Shown piece by piece: positions 1-15,899 of a DNA stretch of 64,000 nucleotides; position 1 is the stretch's first letter, and each line of letters opens with the position of its first letter. Under the pieces are notes generated by a model. That model saw nothing but the letters and a program-made list of their open reading frames with translations, was not told where the DNA came from and did not search any database. Position numbers and translations under genes: made by a program. The DNA is from Ramazzottius varieornatus (lineage: Eukaryota > Animalia > Tardigrada). The stretch is taken from NCBI GenBank assembly GCA_001949185.1, contig BDGG01000001.1, positions 1,670,263 through 1,734,262 on the forward strand, read 5' to 3'.

Positions 1-213
1 TCAGTAACGTCGCATGGACCCAACGTTAGATCGTGGCGTAACAGAGCTGATTCTAGCATTTCGGTTACGCCATACCGCAAACGGTGGATCCAAGTGCGGT
101 ATCGGTTTAGCATACCGTATTTTCGGAACTTTTGCGCTTTAATGTGTTGTTTTCGACTCTTGTCGTCTTCTCTCAGATTTCGAACGAAAGCATAACCCTG
201 AAATTTGTTTGTA

Positions 214-2744
<2,531 letters not shown>

Positions 2745-3143
2745 TGCTTGTAACCTCTTTTCGAACCCTTGTTTAATTGTCTAAACGAAGTTTTTGCTTT
2801 GCTTTTCCTCTTCTTAATATCTACCACCGGAAATGATGCAGTATAGTGTGTATTTGGAAGTCTAAAAATTCTTTTCGTTCATCTTCCTCGGGTTGTGTGG
2901 GGGCCAAAGTTTGACGTGTTTTACTGGTGTATCCGGGTTTTCGACATCAACCACACAATTTTGTCATGCGCGCTGTCTGGTTCATGTGTATGTATTTTTG
3001 TAATTTGTACAAGCGTTCTCGTATTGAATAAAACAAAACGTATTTGTGAACTAAACTCTTCCCGGCATTGTCGAAACACTAAGTGGACACTTTTAGTGAG
3101 AGACCAACAAGTAAAATCACAGATTTGCCAGAGACTGTACAAG

Positions 3144-5359
3144 TTACATCGAGGAAGGCACGACTGCCCCGCTGGTCAAAGGCTGCGGATGGCCAAACTG
3201 GTTCTTGTAGTGGACCACTCCATTACGAATCCAAGGGTCGTTCAAAAGGTTGGCCGATGTTGGTCGCAACTTCCAGTCGCACGTGAGCATGTTTTCAATA
3301 ACTGAAACGAGGTACAAAGCGTTGCTCAGCGGAAAGTAGAGCGTGCTGGTGTAGGGAATAAAACAAGTTACCTCGTTTGGCGACTGGCGAGTGATTCCTG
3401 GGGTTCCGCCATACGTAAACTCGGTTCCGTTGGTTGTACAAAAGCACCGATTGCTCTACTGTCTCGTCGAAAGCCATGATACCGTTGACGAACACGAAGA
3501 ACACACAACCCAATGCCCAAATGTCAACTGCTTGCGGACTGTAGGGAACCGCTCGTATGAGTTCGGGAGCGGCGTATGCTAAAAAAATAAAAGGAAACCT
3601 GCATCGTTTCCCGTACATGAACCTTATCATGCTAAAAGCACCAGCAGAAATTCGGGAGTTAATGGGAACGTGTACTCGGTTTTGCAGTTGAGGGCTCCAT
3701 TTTCGCGCGCTGGATAGACGAGGGACAAACTCCCCAATTCTAAATTTCCCTGTCTGCACGACAACGTGTATCAAGAGATGTACCTTTGGAACCACAAAAG
3801 GTGGTACTCAAACGACTGGCGTCGTCCGTAGAGAAGCCAAAGTCTGTCAGCTTCAGACGATTAGTACCAGCTTCCATCAGAATGTTTTCTAATTTGATAT
3901 CCCGATGTGCGGCACCAAGCGAATGAATATACCTGCAGGACAAAACATGGCAATATCAGTGAATAAAATGATTATGTGCCAGCAAGCAGAGTTAAGCTCT
4001 GTTCATCCACCGATGGGTGGTACTTTTAGCCTCTTGGCTCACCCATCCAACATTTTTTATGGATCCTTTTGCGGCCATAGTTCTTAGTTCGCGAGGCGGG
4101 TCAACTTGACCGTTTTAGAAAGTTAGGATCAGCTCTTGATCATCCCGCTACGGGGGAAGATCAATTGATAGGATCTCTGATCCTCAGTATGTACGACCCC
4201 AAACACAGTCGTACGCGTGAATCCGTCCCGAGTAGTGAGCACGCGGCAGACCGGCCAATCAACGGTCAGCTGTCAATCAGTTGAGCATGAATGTGCAGTA
4301 TCACACACGGTTAGCCCAGCGTGTCATTAANNNNNNNNNNNNNNNNNNNNNNNNNNNNNNNNNNNNNNNNNNNNNNNNNNACGGTCAGCTGTCATCAGTT
4401 GAGCATGAATGTGCAGTATCACACACGGTTAGCCCAGCGTGTCATTAACTGATTATGTACTCATGGCGCAGATCTGTTTGACTGATTGACGGCTGACCGT
4501 TGATTGGCCGGTCTGCCGCGTGCTCACTACCCGGAACGGATTCACGCGTACGACTGTGTTTGGGGTCGTACATACTGAGGATCAGAGACCCTATCAGTTG
4601 ATCTTCCCCCGTAGCGGGATGATCAAGAGCTCATCTTAACCTTCTAGAACGGCCAAGTTGACCCGCCTCGCGAACTAGGAACTATGGCCGTAAAAAAATC
4701 CATGAAAAATGTTGGATGGGTTGGCCAGGAGGCTAAAAGTGCCACCTATCCGTAGATGAAACAGAGCTTAGTTATTGTCGAGCTTACTCAATGGCGGATA
4801 CAAGTTGCCACGCCCAACAAGTGACCTCCTGCTTTTCCGGCAACGATTTCAAGCCTTGAACATAGGTTAACAAGTCACCACCAGAAAGATATTCCAAGAC
4901 CATAAAGACCTTCCGCGGAGTAACAGTATAATAATAAAACTGAGTAATCCCAACGTGGGACAATTTACTCCAGACAGCCAGTTCCCGATCCAAAAAGTTC
5001 TCGATAAATCGACTGGTAACCTTTTCCTTATCGATAATCTTAATAGCAAACTTGGATTGATCCTCGGACTTTCCGGAAAACAGATCAACTCCCAACCGCA
5101 CCTTGGCATACACACCTTCTCCGATCTTCTCACGTAAGTCGATGCCGAACGAACCCAGTACTCGTTGATCGTAAGTCAACTCCATACCTTTATGGGCCGG
5201 TATAATCGATCTTACGTTATCATGAACCTTGACCGCTCTCGGCATGGAATTGATATCGCGAGCGGTACTTGTGGTGGAAGTACGGTCCACTTCCATTGGC
5301 GAATTTGAGGGCTTACGGTGAGGTTGCTGGTATGCTGTCGAGGGGGGTCTTTGCTGCAT
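3144..5359 (-). CDS. Testis-specific serine kinase (TSSK)-like CAMK-group kinase; exons ~5359-4788, 3932-3784, 3578-3372, 3301-3144; true start may lie further upstream
   Basis: Motifs IGEGVYAKV, AIKIIDK..FIENFLDREL, HRDIKLEN, DFGFS, TFCGSKAYAAPELIRAVPYSP and DIWALG resemble the TSSK family. Splice phases were checked and keep the frame. Confidence 0.85.
3995..4768. mobile_element. Long fold-back MITE-like element in TSSK intron 1 (~285-bp inverted arms, TA flanks, assembly gap in loop)
   Basis: 3995-~4280 is the reverse complement of ~4482-4768 with scattered, mostly transition mismatches. Termini are TA-AGCTCTGTT...AACAGAGCT-TA. Confidence 0.85.
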
Positions 5360-6606
5360 TGTCGAAGAAGGTCGCGATATCGTTTCGTTGACATGATAGT
5401 CGCCGGTAAACGCACCGTTGATATGCTGCTGGCTACGACGAGAGGAACAAGGTCGGAGAGAACTTTGTTTGTCCAGCTACAGCAATAATTAAGACTCGTA
5501 CCTTGAAGGCAAACGTGGTGTCCGAGGTGGGGTAGGCTGGACCCGCGTTGTTCGAGGGCTACTCTGTATAGTAGGAGTAACACGGATAGCGGGTGTGGAG
5601 GTCCGGCTAGGTACGGTCGAGCTAGCTTTGGGCGAAGTGCTTGTCGTGGTCTGCGACTGGTTCTGTAGCAGTGGCGGATCGCGAGTACGGCCTTGCTGTA
5701 ACGAAGCGAACCATGTGGGCTTGACCTTCAGCGGCAGCTGGGGCATGTCAGCCTCCTAGCCTGGCCGCACGTCTGGACCCGAGGTCCAGCTAGGCTGAAG
5801 GATGTGGTGAATACGCAAAATAAGGGATTAAAAGGGACTGCAGAGTAGAGGCCGGCCAGGGATGCATGTAGAGAGTACGTAGGAAGGCAAGAGGGGTTGT
5901 TGATAATACGACGCTAGTTTATAGGTGACAGTTGTAGGAGTACCGAAGGCCTAACCTTCGGCTCGAAACTTCCTGCTCGCCTGCCATCTACCTCTACTGC
6001 GCCAGTTTATCGTCATCTCCAAGACTACAGCCTGGGATGAGGAAAGCAGCGTGGAGTACTCGCGAGAGTAATCAATCTGGATAGATGTTTCACAAAAGCT
6101 GGCGATACGGTGACAGAAAAGTATCCTAGCCCGGCTGAAAGAGGATCTAACGTCATGCAAGATCATCATTGACCAGCTCCATATAAGTCATCGTCCGTTT
6201 ACTTCTGGTCCGAACGCCGTGAAAACAGTACATTAGTGGGACCACTTACACTGTCTCAAACTCGCACTTAAAGAACGCAATCACTGTAACGTTAACACCT
6301 CTAACCGGAATTTCGGAAAATTGAGAAGAACTCCTGCGAAAATTTCCTGGAAGATGTGTTACGGGAAAAGTTTATTGTTCGTGAAAGGCTTTGGCGGAGA
6401 GCGTCGAAACATTCCCACATCTTTTTACTCTGCATAACCCGATGTTTTCAACCGAAGCGAACCAGACTTCTCCGAGAGAGTCAAGCCAAGTTTAGTCGAT
6501 GCAGGCAAGGAAGTTTTCCGCTAGAAAAGGGGAAAACTGAGAAGCAAGCAGAAACGAGATTCCCTTACACGGCTGCTCTATGGTAAGGACAACCATCGAT
6601 ATCAGA

Positions 6607-7812
6607 CTACAAGAACTCTTGGTCGTAGTCTTCTTCGTCGTCCAAGGGACTGTCCCGCTTCTCTGAGGTCGTCGGCTTCTTGAAAGTCGGTTCCTGCTGG
6701 ACTTTTTCAGCGTGCGAGCCAGCCTCTTTCTCCCGAAGGTAGTCCACTTTCTTGCTGAGAGCTGCCAGCAGTCTTTCGGTACTAATCTTGAGGCTTGGGT
6801 TCTTGAGACATGGGGGATGGTAATTATAAAAATTGATCCATCCTGCCAAAACTTGTGCGGTTAGTTTCGTGCCTATGCAGAGTTACCGTGTTCAGGGACA
6901 GTCCCTCACCCGTGATGTCGTTGACGACGTCCGATTCTAGTGCAGCTTTCAAGCCAAGGTACTGTCCGGTGAAGATACGCAGAACGGTGTCGTGGGTACC
7001 GAACAACAGCAAAAGTCAAGTCCAGGGCATCCAGCATAGGACTTTTCCGCAGCTGGTCCTCGAACACCTTGAAACCGGATTGTTCATATTGCATCCTTGT
7101 ACAGTAACTCTCTCGAAAGACAGAAGGTGAGCTAGCAGGCACCAAGCAGGAAGTATCAGCTTCGCATTGAACGGACAATGGTAGAAATCTGCCGTTTTTA
7201 TACTGGTCCGGTATATTTCAGATTGCCTTATCGAGTACGTGATACCATCGAAACATAGTAGTGGTAGAGGTTGCACGTTCCGTACGGAAGATAGTGCACA
7301 ATGGGAAATCCTATAGACAACCATTATCGTTAACGGAACCGTTGATACATACCGGTATACCTGCACGTGACGCCAGAGTAGAAAAACGTAATCACGCTGG
7401 GTTGCTGTCTTGTTAATACGGCGTACCGCCACTCAAATGGTACATCATTCTCCGTCAATATGCTATTGTTATTCTATTGTGACGAGGCGGATTGACCCGT
7501 TACTCTTGAGCGAACAATGTCATCTGGGTTTACTTCCCGCTCGCATTCTAGGTTGCGCTTGCAAGTACCTTCTAGGTGAAATCAAAAATCAACATATGTT
7601 CATGCATGGCTCAGAATGGTACTGACACAACTGTGAGTAAAAATACTCGAACATCGTCGACTTATCCCGTGGTAGGACCGCAACCAAGGCGTATGTTGGA
7701 CTAGCCGGGTTCATTTCGCCGTCTCCGTTACATACGCAGTTTGGTGGCGGAAAGGATTTGCACAGGCTGATGCCGATAACGCCATTTTGAAAGCGGAAGG
7801 TACTCTGAAAGA
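6607..7812 (-). other. Fragmented coding-like region, weakly C9orf72/DENN-like (gene or pseudogene)
   Basis: Segments NGVIGISL...TYALVAVLP and CLLAHLLSFERVTVQG recall C9orf72 as I remember it. The frames do not join cleanly by eye. Confidence 0.25.
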
Positions 7813-8587
7813 AGTACGCGATACTCTGCAAACTCTTCAGCAGTTCAATGATGTGGCTCGTCGCAGTGAGGCACAAGCCAAATAAGCTATTCAAGATGTC
7901 CCAGCCCTGGAGAAAGATCGAAGGTGCGCTGAAAAGGAACCAGGAAGCCCGGGAAGTACTCTACGGTGCGGAGAACGACGCTAAGCGGGAGAAAGACGTC
8001 ACTTTGGTCGCTCAAAAGACCGCGGAGGATGCTTCAAAAATATCGATTCGATCATCACTTCTGTGTATTGAATTAGAAATCCATTGGAAATATCTGACGA
8101 ATTTTTGTTTGTAGATTGCCGGTAAGATTAGGGAAGAATCTGGACAAGCCTTGAGTCTATCCATGACTCGTTACCCGAGAAATGTTTCAAATAAAATGCG
8201 ACTGGAAGTTTAAGCTCAGCTTTCCAACGGTTGTTTATTGCCTTTTGATCGCCTTTTCTATGCATTTAACACGATTAATAATCCCTATACTGTGAGTCTT
8301 TCCCAAACTAACGTTTACTGTCAACGTAAGCTTATACAGCTTCGATCGAGTCTTTACTACTGTTTCAGTGCTTGCTCTTTTCTGAACGCATTCTCCCTGT
8401 GCTCGTGCTCGCTTCCCTCTAATTCCGAGAAGGGTTTGATGCTGTTCAGAAGTATCGGGCTTATAAGATCGTATTCTTTTATGGCCGAGCTCGAGTCTGG
8501 TCATCGAGTCAGGTGGACTTGAAGAGGCTCTAAATGCAGGGAGGGTGGGCGGACAACATTCCGAGCGGATCGCGAGCAGGAATGATA

Positions 8588-8792
8588 ACTAGCTAGTGGT
8601 TCTGACCACTGGGAAGGCCGAGCAGAAGCAAAGAAGCACAAGTTTTGCGAGTAAAAACTTTTGCTACTCGGATCAAGTTGCGCACTTGTTTTCGGTACAG
8701 AGGTTGCGATATGTGAAAGCTCGAACAATCTGATCGTCCATTGAAATCTCGACAGACTTAGAAGGGTCTGGCTTCGCTCGGCCTGATAAAAT
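8588..8792 (-). mobile_element. Non-autonomous Helentron/Helitron2-like (HINE-type) element, copy 1
   Basis: Asymmetric inverted repeats AGGCCGAGC (8615-8623) and GCTCGGCCT (8776-8784). On the - strand a terminal hairpin AGTGGTC-x-ACCACT is followed by CTAG-T. Homologous to 26853-27209. Confidence 0.65.
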
Positions 8793-9000
8793 GAAGTCAG
8801 AAAGGCACGGTTGTTGGTAGACAAGCTTGTACGAGCTATCATGGCCAGAAATAGAACCTCCGAGATTGCAGGGTACTTGGAGATTTCCCACCACCCAAAA
8901 CCTACCAAGAACCATTCGAGTCTGCTTTACTACAAGCCGGCAACTTTTCCAGAGGTTCGGAGTTCGTCAAATATGAATTGCGTGGAGAATTACATACTGT

Positions 9001-9137
9001 AAATATTCGCTACGTCCGCGCAGTACGTACACGTACGTGAATATGCACCCCCGGAGGGGGTTGCGCAGTCCGTGAAACCGGACCGGGGCTGTACTTCACT
9101 TGTACGATGACGTGAGCGCGGTCGCAGCGAATATTTT
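9001..9137. repeat. Small inverted-repeat (MITE-like) element
   Basis: AAATATTCGCTACGTCCGCGC ... GCGCGGTCGCAGCGAATATTT, 19/21 complementary. Confidence 0.55.
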
Positions 9138-9407
9138 CACTAACTGTTACTTTTTTTAGTAATCTTGTGTTGCACTTTACACGTAGCGATGCGTATACGT
9201 AGGCTAATAGTAAGGTTACCGAGTGGGCTTTTCCGTTTAAGATCTTTCATATTTTAGGCGAAAGCGGAGCAGCTAAACATGACCTCTAGCATTTATGTGC
9301 GTAGGTTGAGGAAAAATCTACGCATGCATAGGTGGAAGGTTTAAACTTGCAAGAGAGATTATTCGACTTTCATTACCCTCGTGTAAGTGTTTATCTTTCT
9401 GTATGAA

Positions 9408-10399
9408 ATGGAGGTTCCGTCCGAGCCGCCACTTCGTTGGAAGCACGACGATCCTTTAGATCAGGTAGGCGGAGGGTTCCATTTCAAAATACCAGGCGTT
9501 GGTTCTGGCTTTGACTCGTTTGGTCTTCCAGATTGTCCGTCGAGAGCTTACTGATCCTCGGTACCAAAGAAATAAACTACACCCTTACGACCCCCGTCGC
9601 CGAGAGAATAGAGCGTCGTCGCTCGGAAATGTACGGCACGCCCTACGACTCACTCCAAAAGGTTTTACTGCCACTAGATGTGTTCAGTGTACAACCGGCC
9701 TTGCAGTCGCTACAACGTACGAGGGAAAGGTAAAGTCAGCCGTCTAAGTTCGCCTGTTTTCTACCACTCAATCCCAAACTTTTAAGGATAGATCGATAGA
9801 TGAAATAATTGGCTGTCGAATGATATTAGGCACAGTCAACACGAGGAGTCAGAGAATCCAAGAGATCCGCAATTAAAAGAACGTGAAATCTCATGTTAAA
9901 AAGCCAAAATTGTCAATCAAATAGTCAATCAAACGATAGACGCCACAGCCGTGGCTAACTTTAGAAACCCGGTATGGGGTGGCTAAGTTTGTAACCTTTA
10001 CCTCGTAGTCTTTTGTTTCAGTTCAACGAATTCATGGTCAATGGCTACGAAGGTGTAGAGCTAGTCTCGGCGGTATGTTTTTTATTCACAGCAGATCGAT
10101 CTCATTCTCTTTTGCTGTTAATCCTTTGCTTACAGGGCTTATATTCCATTTACATGAGGATGAGCTCAGAGAAACTGCTGTGGAAGCATGCTTTCTTTGA
10201 CGCTGTGAAGGTCGCTAATGACCTGGCGTCTCGACCCTTTCCTTCCTTCTTGCGAGACGTGGTCTTTCTTCCAAATGGCGAACGACATCCGGGAGCCGTT
10301 TTGCGGTCGTTCGATTGGAGCTCACTAGCGTTCAAAGTAATCTCAGAATTTGGCATAGAGCCTGCCTTTTACCCACTCGTTCGGAATTTGATTGCCTGA
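9408..10399 (+). CDS. Spliced hypothetical protein (exons ~9408-9464, 9532-9729, 10022-10072, 10136-~10340+; ends uncertain)
   Basis: Three consecutive phase-0 GT-AG introns join MEVPSEPPLRWKHDDPLDQ|IVRRELTDPRY...EGK|FNEFMVNGYEGVELVSA|GLYSIYMRMSSEK into one open frame. No family recognised. Confidence 0.5.
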
Positions 10400-10672
10400 A
10401 ATTAATCTCTTACCCATCGCGTTTCAGGATGTGCTGTACTGAAAACCGGTGCTCAGATCATGGGATATCATCTCCACTTCAAGTGCCCAGTTTTTGTGGA
10501 GAGGGGCTGCGTCACCACCTGACCGGCCCGCATGCGGACTTCACGGTGAACTATGCGGAAGTACGGACCAACGCATAATAGCATACGCTTCCCCTGGACT
10601 AACTTTTGCCTTGCTACCGCTCATTATGCTATTCAGTGTATTGTAAGTGGCTTTGAGCTTTGCGGTCCAACT

Positions 10673-10806
10673 TACAGTGCTGTAATGCTTCTTGAACGTC
10701 GCGAATCTACGTCCCAGTACGCTTAGAGTCTACGGGTATGGCGACGCATACAAGCACACGCTTACTATGACGCAATTGGCGAAGTTCAAGAAGCGTTACA
10801 GCACGT
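10673..10806. mobile_element. ~135-bp MITE family, copy 1
   Basis: TIR GTAATGCTTCTTGAAC / GTTCAAGAAGCGTTAC. Internal sequence is homologous to 38596-38730. Confidence 0.7.
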
Positions 10807-12547
10807 GCGGCTATGTGACTGCTGACTATTAATGTTCGGATTGCAGCTTTGTCCGGAAGTTCAGAAGGCACGACGCGGAAACTTGGTGGATCGTCGATTG
10901 CGCTGGCGTCGTTGCAATGCCTCCTCCAGAACCTCGTTTCCAGTAGTTTTAAGAAAACCTCATGATGCAACAAGCGCAACTTTATCCGTGACATCTATAG
11001 GGTGACCGTTTTTCGAATCGCTCTTCGCGGGGCTACTTGAGTGATATGGTTTTCCAGCGCTCCAGCAAGAAGTTATGCTCATTGGGTTTCTCCGGCCAAG
11101 CAATAATTTGTCGCGACAAGTTTTGCGAGCCTCTGTTGCCAAGCCGAGGAAAAACCCTACGAAAAACAACACCGTGATACCAGCGAACTTACCTACTTTG
11201 AGCGGAACAAACGAAAGTTGAGCCATCTGATTTGCCATTATTTCGCTGGACTTTGATCTTATGTACTCAATATCAGCGCTGGAGTTGTTTCCCAACCTGC
11301 AATTCCATGACCTTTAACGACTTAACGAAAAGTTTCCGTCATACGCCAGATCAAGAAACGCCAAACTTGAGAGTTTGCCTAGTCCTCTGTGCAAGAGTTG
11401 GCCCGTAAAGTGTGGCGTGAATAATCCGCAACGTCGTTGAAGGTTATGACACTGCAAGATGGAGAACGATTCCCAACGGGAAAGACACTGCTAAGGTTTA
11501 CTGTATTGTTCTTGTCGGAGCTGACCAGTGTCGCCACAAGACACTGAGTCGCTCAACACCAGCAAGGGACCTGCCAGATTGCTTAGACAGGAGCAGAGTA
11601 CTGAAGACACTTGTAAGCAAGTTCAGTGTCTTCGGTCTGTTGTCAGTGTCTTGGGCAGGTAATTTTTTTATATGGGTACGAAAGCTGAGCCCAAGTATAA
11701 CACGGTTCTGGATGCGACATCGTGAGCACGTTCGATCACACCTTTCGGAAGTCGGAAGTCTGAAACTGCCATTTCAGAAGGTTCACTTTCCAGAGTTGAC
11801 GAATTTCCGAACTCGTTTTCTGTCTGTCGATTTCTTGCCATTGCAAGGAGGTACATGATACCTCGAGCCTGCTGCTTCTCCAGTCAAGTTGCTCTGTGCA
11901 CCAGTAAATCGAGTATCCTGCCGTGTAATCGCTCTTGTCATGGCACGACTTATTTCGGGTTTTCTTAAATTCCGACGAGCCATATAAAAATCAGTTTCAG
12001 GTCGCCAACATGACCTCTCGTCGGAGTTCCGAAATTGGTGATTATACCTAGATCATGTCGGACGACCAGAAATGGGCCGAGGTGTAATATAGCTCACAAC
12101 AGTTTCCGGGCGAGAGCATTTTCAGACTTCCGACGAGAGGTGTAATCGAACCAGTACCGGTAGATACAGGTCGCTTTTCACGATAAACTTTGGAAGTATG
12201 ATAGGCTTTTTCTCGCTGGAGGAACGATCATCTTCCAAAGAACTGACCATAGCTTCGTGGAGAGCATTCATCCATTGTGGTCATCAATAGAAACAGTAAA
12301 AGAGAACTACGAGGTATACAATGTCAAAAACGTTTCCGTGCCAACGACCATTAGTATAGTCACAATTACCGTTGTAACTATACAGCTCTTGCTGATGATT
12401 GATGTATTGAGTCGAGTGATAACCGGCAGGGAAGCATTTTTGACATTGCAGTATCAAAACGGTAAAACGCCGGGCAAACAGACTGGTATTAATTTTAGCA
12501 AAGTTCAGGCGGTTCCGTGACCAGCCGGCGCAGTCATCTGGGATGTA

Positions 12548-12879
12548 CACTGAGCCCCATAATTATCTGTCCACTCCCATTTTTGCTCAAAAATTCATAA
12601 GTTATTTTGCACTAACCCGATTTTGATATTTTGAACGTCTTTATAGAGATCAGTGTCTGATCTTTACGACCACGTGACTTCCGTATGAATTAATTAGCAA
12701 ATCAACTGGCAGTATCATCCCTACGAACACCTTTCATTCATACGGAAGTCACGTGGTCGTAAAGATCATACGCTGATCTCTATAAAGACGTTCAAAATAT
12801 CGAAATCGGGTTAGTGCGAAATAAGTTACGAAGTTTTGAAACGAAGATGGGGGTGGTAAGATAAATATGGGACTCAGTG
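12548..12879. mobile_element. Tc1/mariner-type MITE (TA TSD, ~140-bp inverted arms)
   Basis: TA-CACTGAG...CTCAGTG-TA termini. The inner arms are nearly perfect (GATCTTTACGACCACGTGACTTCCGTATGAAT and its reverse complement). Confidence 0.85.
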
Positions 12880-14555
12880 TAATTTCCGCGATTGTTCTGA
12901 TCGATCGATTGACCATCCGCTACGACCATTCAGTTTCACAGTAGCGGGTATCCTTCTTATGTGCCATTAGTCATCTGCAAGTAGGGCGCAAGATATGCAT
13001 ATCGACTGGGAAATATGTGTACATGTGTTGGTCCAGTTCACGGGAGTGGTACAGTAATGTCGGTCCGGATCTGTGAAAACAGTAATGGTCTTTTTTCAGG
13101 TGTCCGCGAACCGAGTGGTACTGATATCATCGCAAATATCGAATGTTTGAGCATCTTCAGCATCAATATCGCCGACTTCCTTGTTGGAGTCGCGCTTCTG
13201 GTCAGAAATGTTCCACAACAGAAGTTTCACGTCCTTAACGAAAACGACCACGAGCATACCTATAAAATACAAAAACTGCACTACACTGATTCCTGAGGCA
13301 GTCGAACCATAGGTACAACATCATGCTGTTACAGTACGTACCCATTACAGCCATCATCCAGTAGTCGTAGCGACCGAAACGCGTGCACGTTTTCAGTTTG
13401 TCCATCCACACGTCGTAATCTTAAACATGCGTTTCGGAATTCTTTCGTCGAATCAATAAACACCAATGCCTCTGCGCAGCAGGTAGTGAACATAGAGTCC
13501 ACTGCGAGCTGTTTGGTCGGGTCGTCCAAGAACCATTCCGTACTCCCCGCAGCGAAGAGGGAAATACCACTTACGAAGAAGCCGAAACCCAGTAGCCCAT
13601 TAATAGTTACTAAAAGAACATCATAAGCAGTAGTGTGGTACTGAAGACCTATGTCAGGTCGTTGTACGAAGAATACGTTATATCCGACTATAAGTAGCAG
13701 TGCGAACGTATACCAGCAAGAAGAGCAAGACGAAGTACTGTAATAGCAAAATTATGGACAATCAATTCGATGAACGACACTTTTCCAGCATCGTAGTAAG
13801 TGGAAACATACGGCCTTACCAATGTTGGAAAAACTTGTGTTCCTCGGACTGCAGAAGAGAGCCCATCAGATGGGTGGCTATGTGGCTGCCAAAAAGATAT
13901 CTGCATAAGGGCAGACTACTATTGGAGTGACCGGAATGAGCTTGATTCGATTGAGATGCGAGCTCCGCGTCTGGAACATCAGGAAGGATTAGAACAAGGT
14001 ACCCGGTGGTTAGCACTGGAAGTATAAGGATCTCATATTGGAGCTTCGCTGCTACTTTTTGAGCCACGTTGGCTCCCCGGAATTTTACGCACTCGTACAC
14101 CTCACTTCCCGCATAACGCAAATCAAAAAAACGACCAAACACGCTAGGTCTGGTAAACGGCAAAGTTCTGGAACAAACAGAGTGGGTTTCACGAATTTAG
14201 TAAAATTCTGTCACTTCGGTGACCAACCTGAACTGACGTGCGAGTGGTTCGCTGTGACGTAATCTTCGCGATGACGTCAGCCATGGCTCAAGTAGATTCA
14301 TCAGTTTAGACAGTATAAAGCAGGGTGATTTGTTTGCTATGGTTCATGTGATATAAATTGTAGAAAACCTGCGAATTTCTCCGCTGGAGTTAGCGGGAAT
14401 GATATCGCTGGCTGGAAGTTCATCAGATAGTTCTGCGAACGATGTGCGACAACTGCTGTACAGTCCAACTGGGCGAATGGGCGCCGATAAAGACAGTACG
14501 TCCACAAGCAGCTGGAAGCGCGGCGAACAAACTCGACCAGATGGTTTTCGAGCGA

Positions 14556-14677
14556 CACGTACACGCTTCTGGCCAATATTACAGTGAAAATGCGCCACTT
14601 GGAGAAAACGATCGGGTCGCTGTCGGGAATGAAAGTGGCGCACCGTTCTGGTGATACCAGCTGGGAGCGTGCGCCAC
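14556..14677. repeat. Palindrome dimer (inverted duplicate of 23394-23515)
   Basis: Cores 14590-14598, 14635-14643 and 14669-14677. Confidence 0.85.
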
Positions 14678-15103
14678 TTGGGAAAACGATCTGGTCAGGT
14701 TTGTTTGGCATTCATTCGGTTCTGCTGTAGGTTATTTGAAGATTATGGAGAATGATGGTGTGCTTCATATCTGGAACTTGATGAACATGGTCTACCATCC
14801 ACTGGTGGGTGTCCATGCCTGCCTCGCCATCTACCCACTCTACGTTGCGAACCCGAAAGAAACAGCTCGGGTTATTCGAACCATCATCAACCCATTCGCT
14901 CCACTCTTCCGCCTTCTCGACAGCAACGACAACCGTGTGAACGACGCGGTCCTTCACTTGGTATGTCTTCTGACCCAAGACGACGATCTCCTTGCCATGA
15001 TGTCCGACGTTGGATTCTGTCCGGCCGTTTCACGCCACATCAAATCCGAGTAAGGCTACTAGACCAGAATTTGGGACCGGCAAACTTGCAAGATTTTTCG
15101 CAA

Positions 15104-15146
15104 GTGGCGTGCACTTCCAGCCGATACCACTGGAAACGTGCGCCAT
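15104..15146. repeat. Same palindrome (pseudogene intron; 25-nt spacer)
   Basis: GTGGCGTGC ... GTGCGCCAT. Confidence 0.8.
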
Positions 15147-15899
15147 TTTGGAAAATTTGGTCCGAATTTGTTTGTTGAGCTCCCATCCAAAGATAAAGGT
15201 TGACTATTCGCTTATCTTGCTTTACAGGTATGTTCAAATAATTCGTTTCGTGACGGAGGCGATGGCCAAAGGTAGCGAGTACGCCATCAATCGTATCAAC
15301 TTCAGTACACGTGTACGTGTAAAGGCGTTCTTCCACAAGTCGCGCTAATTTTGTGGCATCGTGATGCCGAGGTCGAGCTGAACGCGTTGCCTTGAACGAA
15401 CTGACAAAGCTAGTACGAGTATCTGCAGATAATCATTCATATCCACTCGGTCGCTGTAGTGAGAAGGCTGTGTGGTTGATGGAGATCGAGTGATGTCCAA
15501 AAGACCCAGAAGGCAGAGGAGACCTTAAGGAACCTGCGCTACTTAGCTGTGGCCAACACGAGCGACAACTACAACTTTGAAGCCGTGTACTTCCCCTTGA
15601 GGTCAGAGGAAAGACGAGCCACTGAGAAAACCAAGAGGGAAATGGTCACGAAGAGGCTGGTACCGGAGCCAGAGTCGAAGCTGACAAACTCAAACGCCAG
15701 GTGTCTATGGTACGCAAAAGCCGCCTTGCTAAAAACGAATGGCAACAGCGTCTGCTCAGTTTGATCTATCTTTTTCTTTCGCGAACACTATGTTCCTTTT
15801 TCGCTGATCAATGTTATCCGTCAGTGTTTGGTAAAACTAAGATCGGCGCTCTGCTCTCAGTCTCTTACGTAATTTCCGAATTGTGAACAATCACGATAC

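Larger units (their letters stand above)
14466..15700 (+). pseudogene. Inverted partial duplicate of the 3' part of the ARMC4/ODAD2-like gene
   Basis: 14466-~15040 is nearly identical to the reverse complement of 23605-~23032. The next exon (~15228-15700) is diverged and has frameshifts and stops near 15310-15480. Confidence 0.85.

Noticed and set aside
4262-4448. Direct repeat of ~70 bp on either side of the N gap
   Set aside because: Typical unmerged contig overlap and most likely an assembly artefact.
10960-14300. Short hydrophobic ORFs suggesting membrane-protein genes
   Set aside because: I could not join them into a consistent spliced frame or recognise a family.
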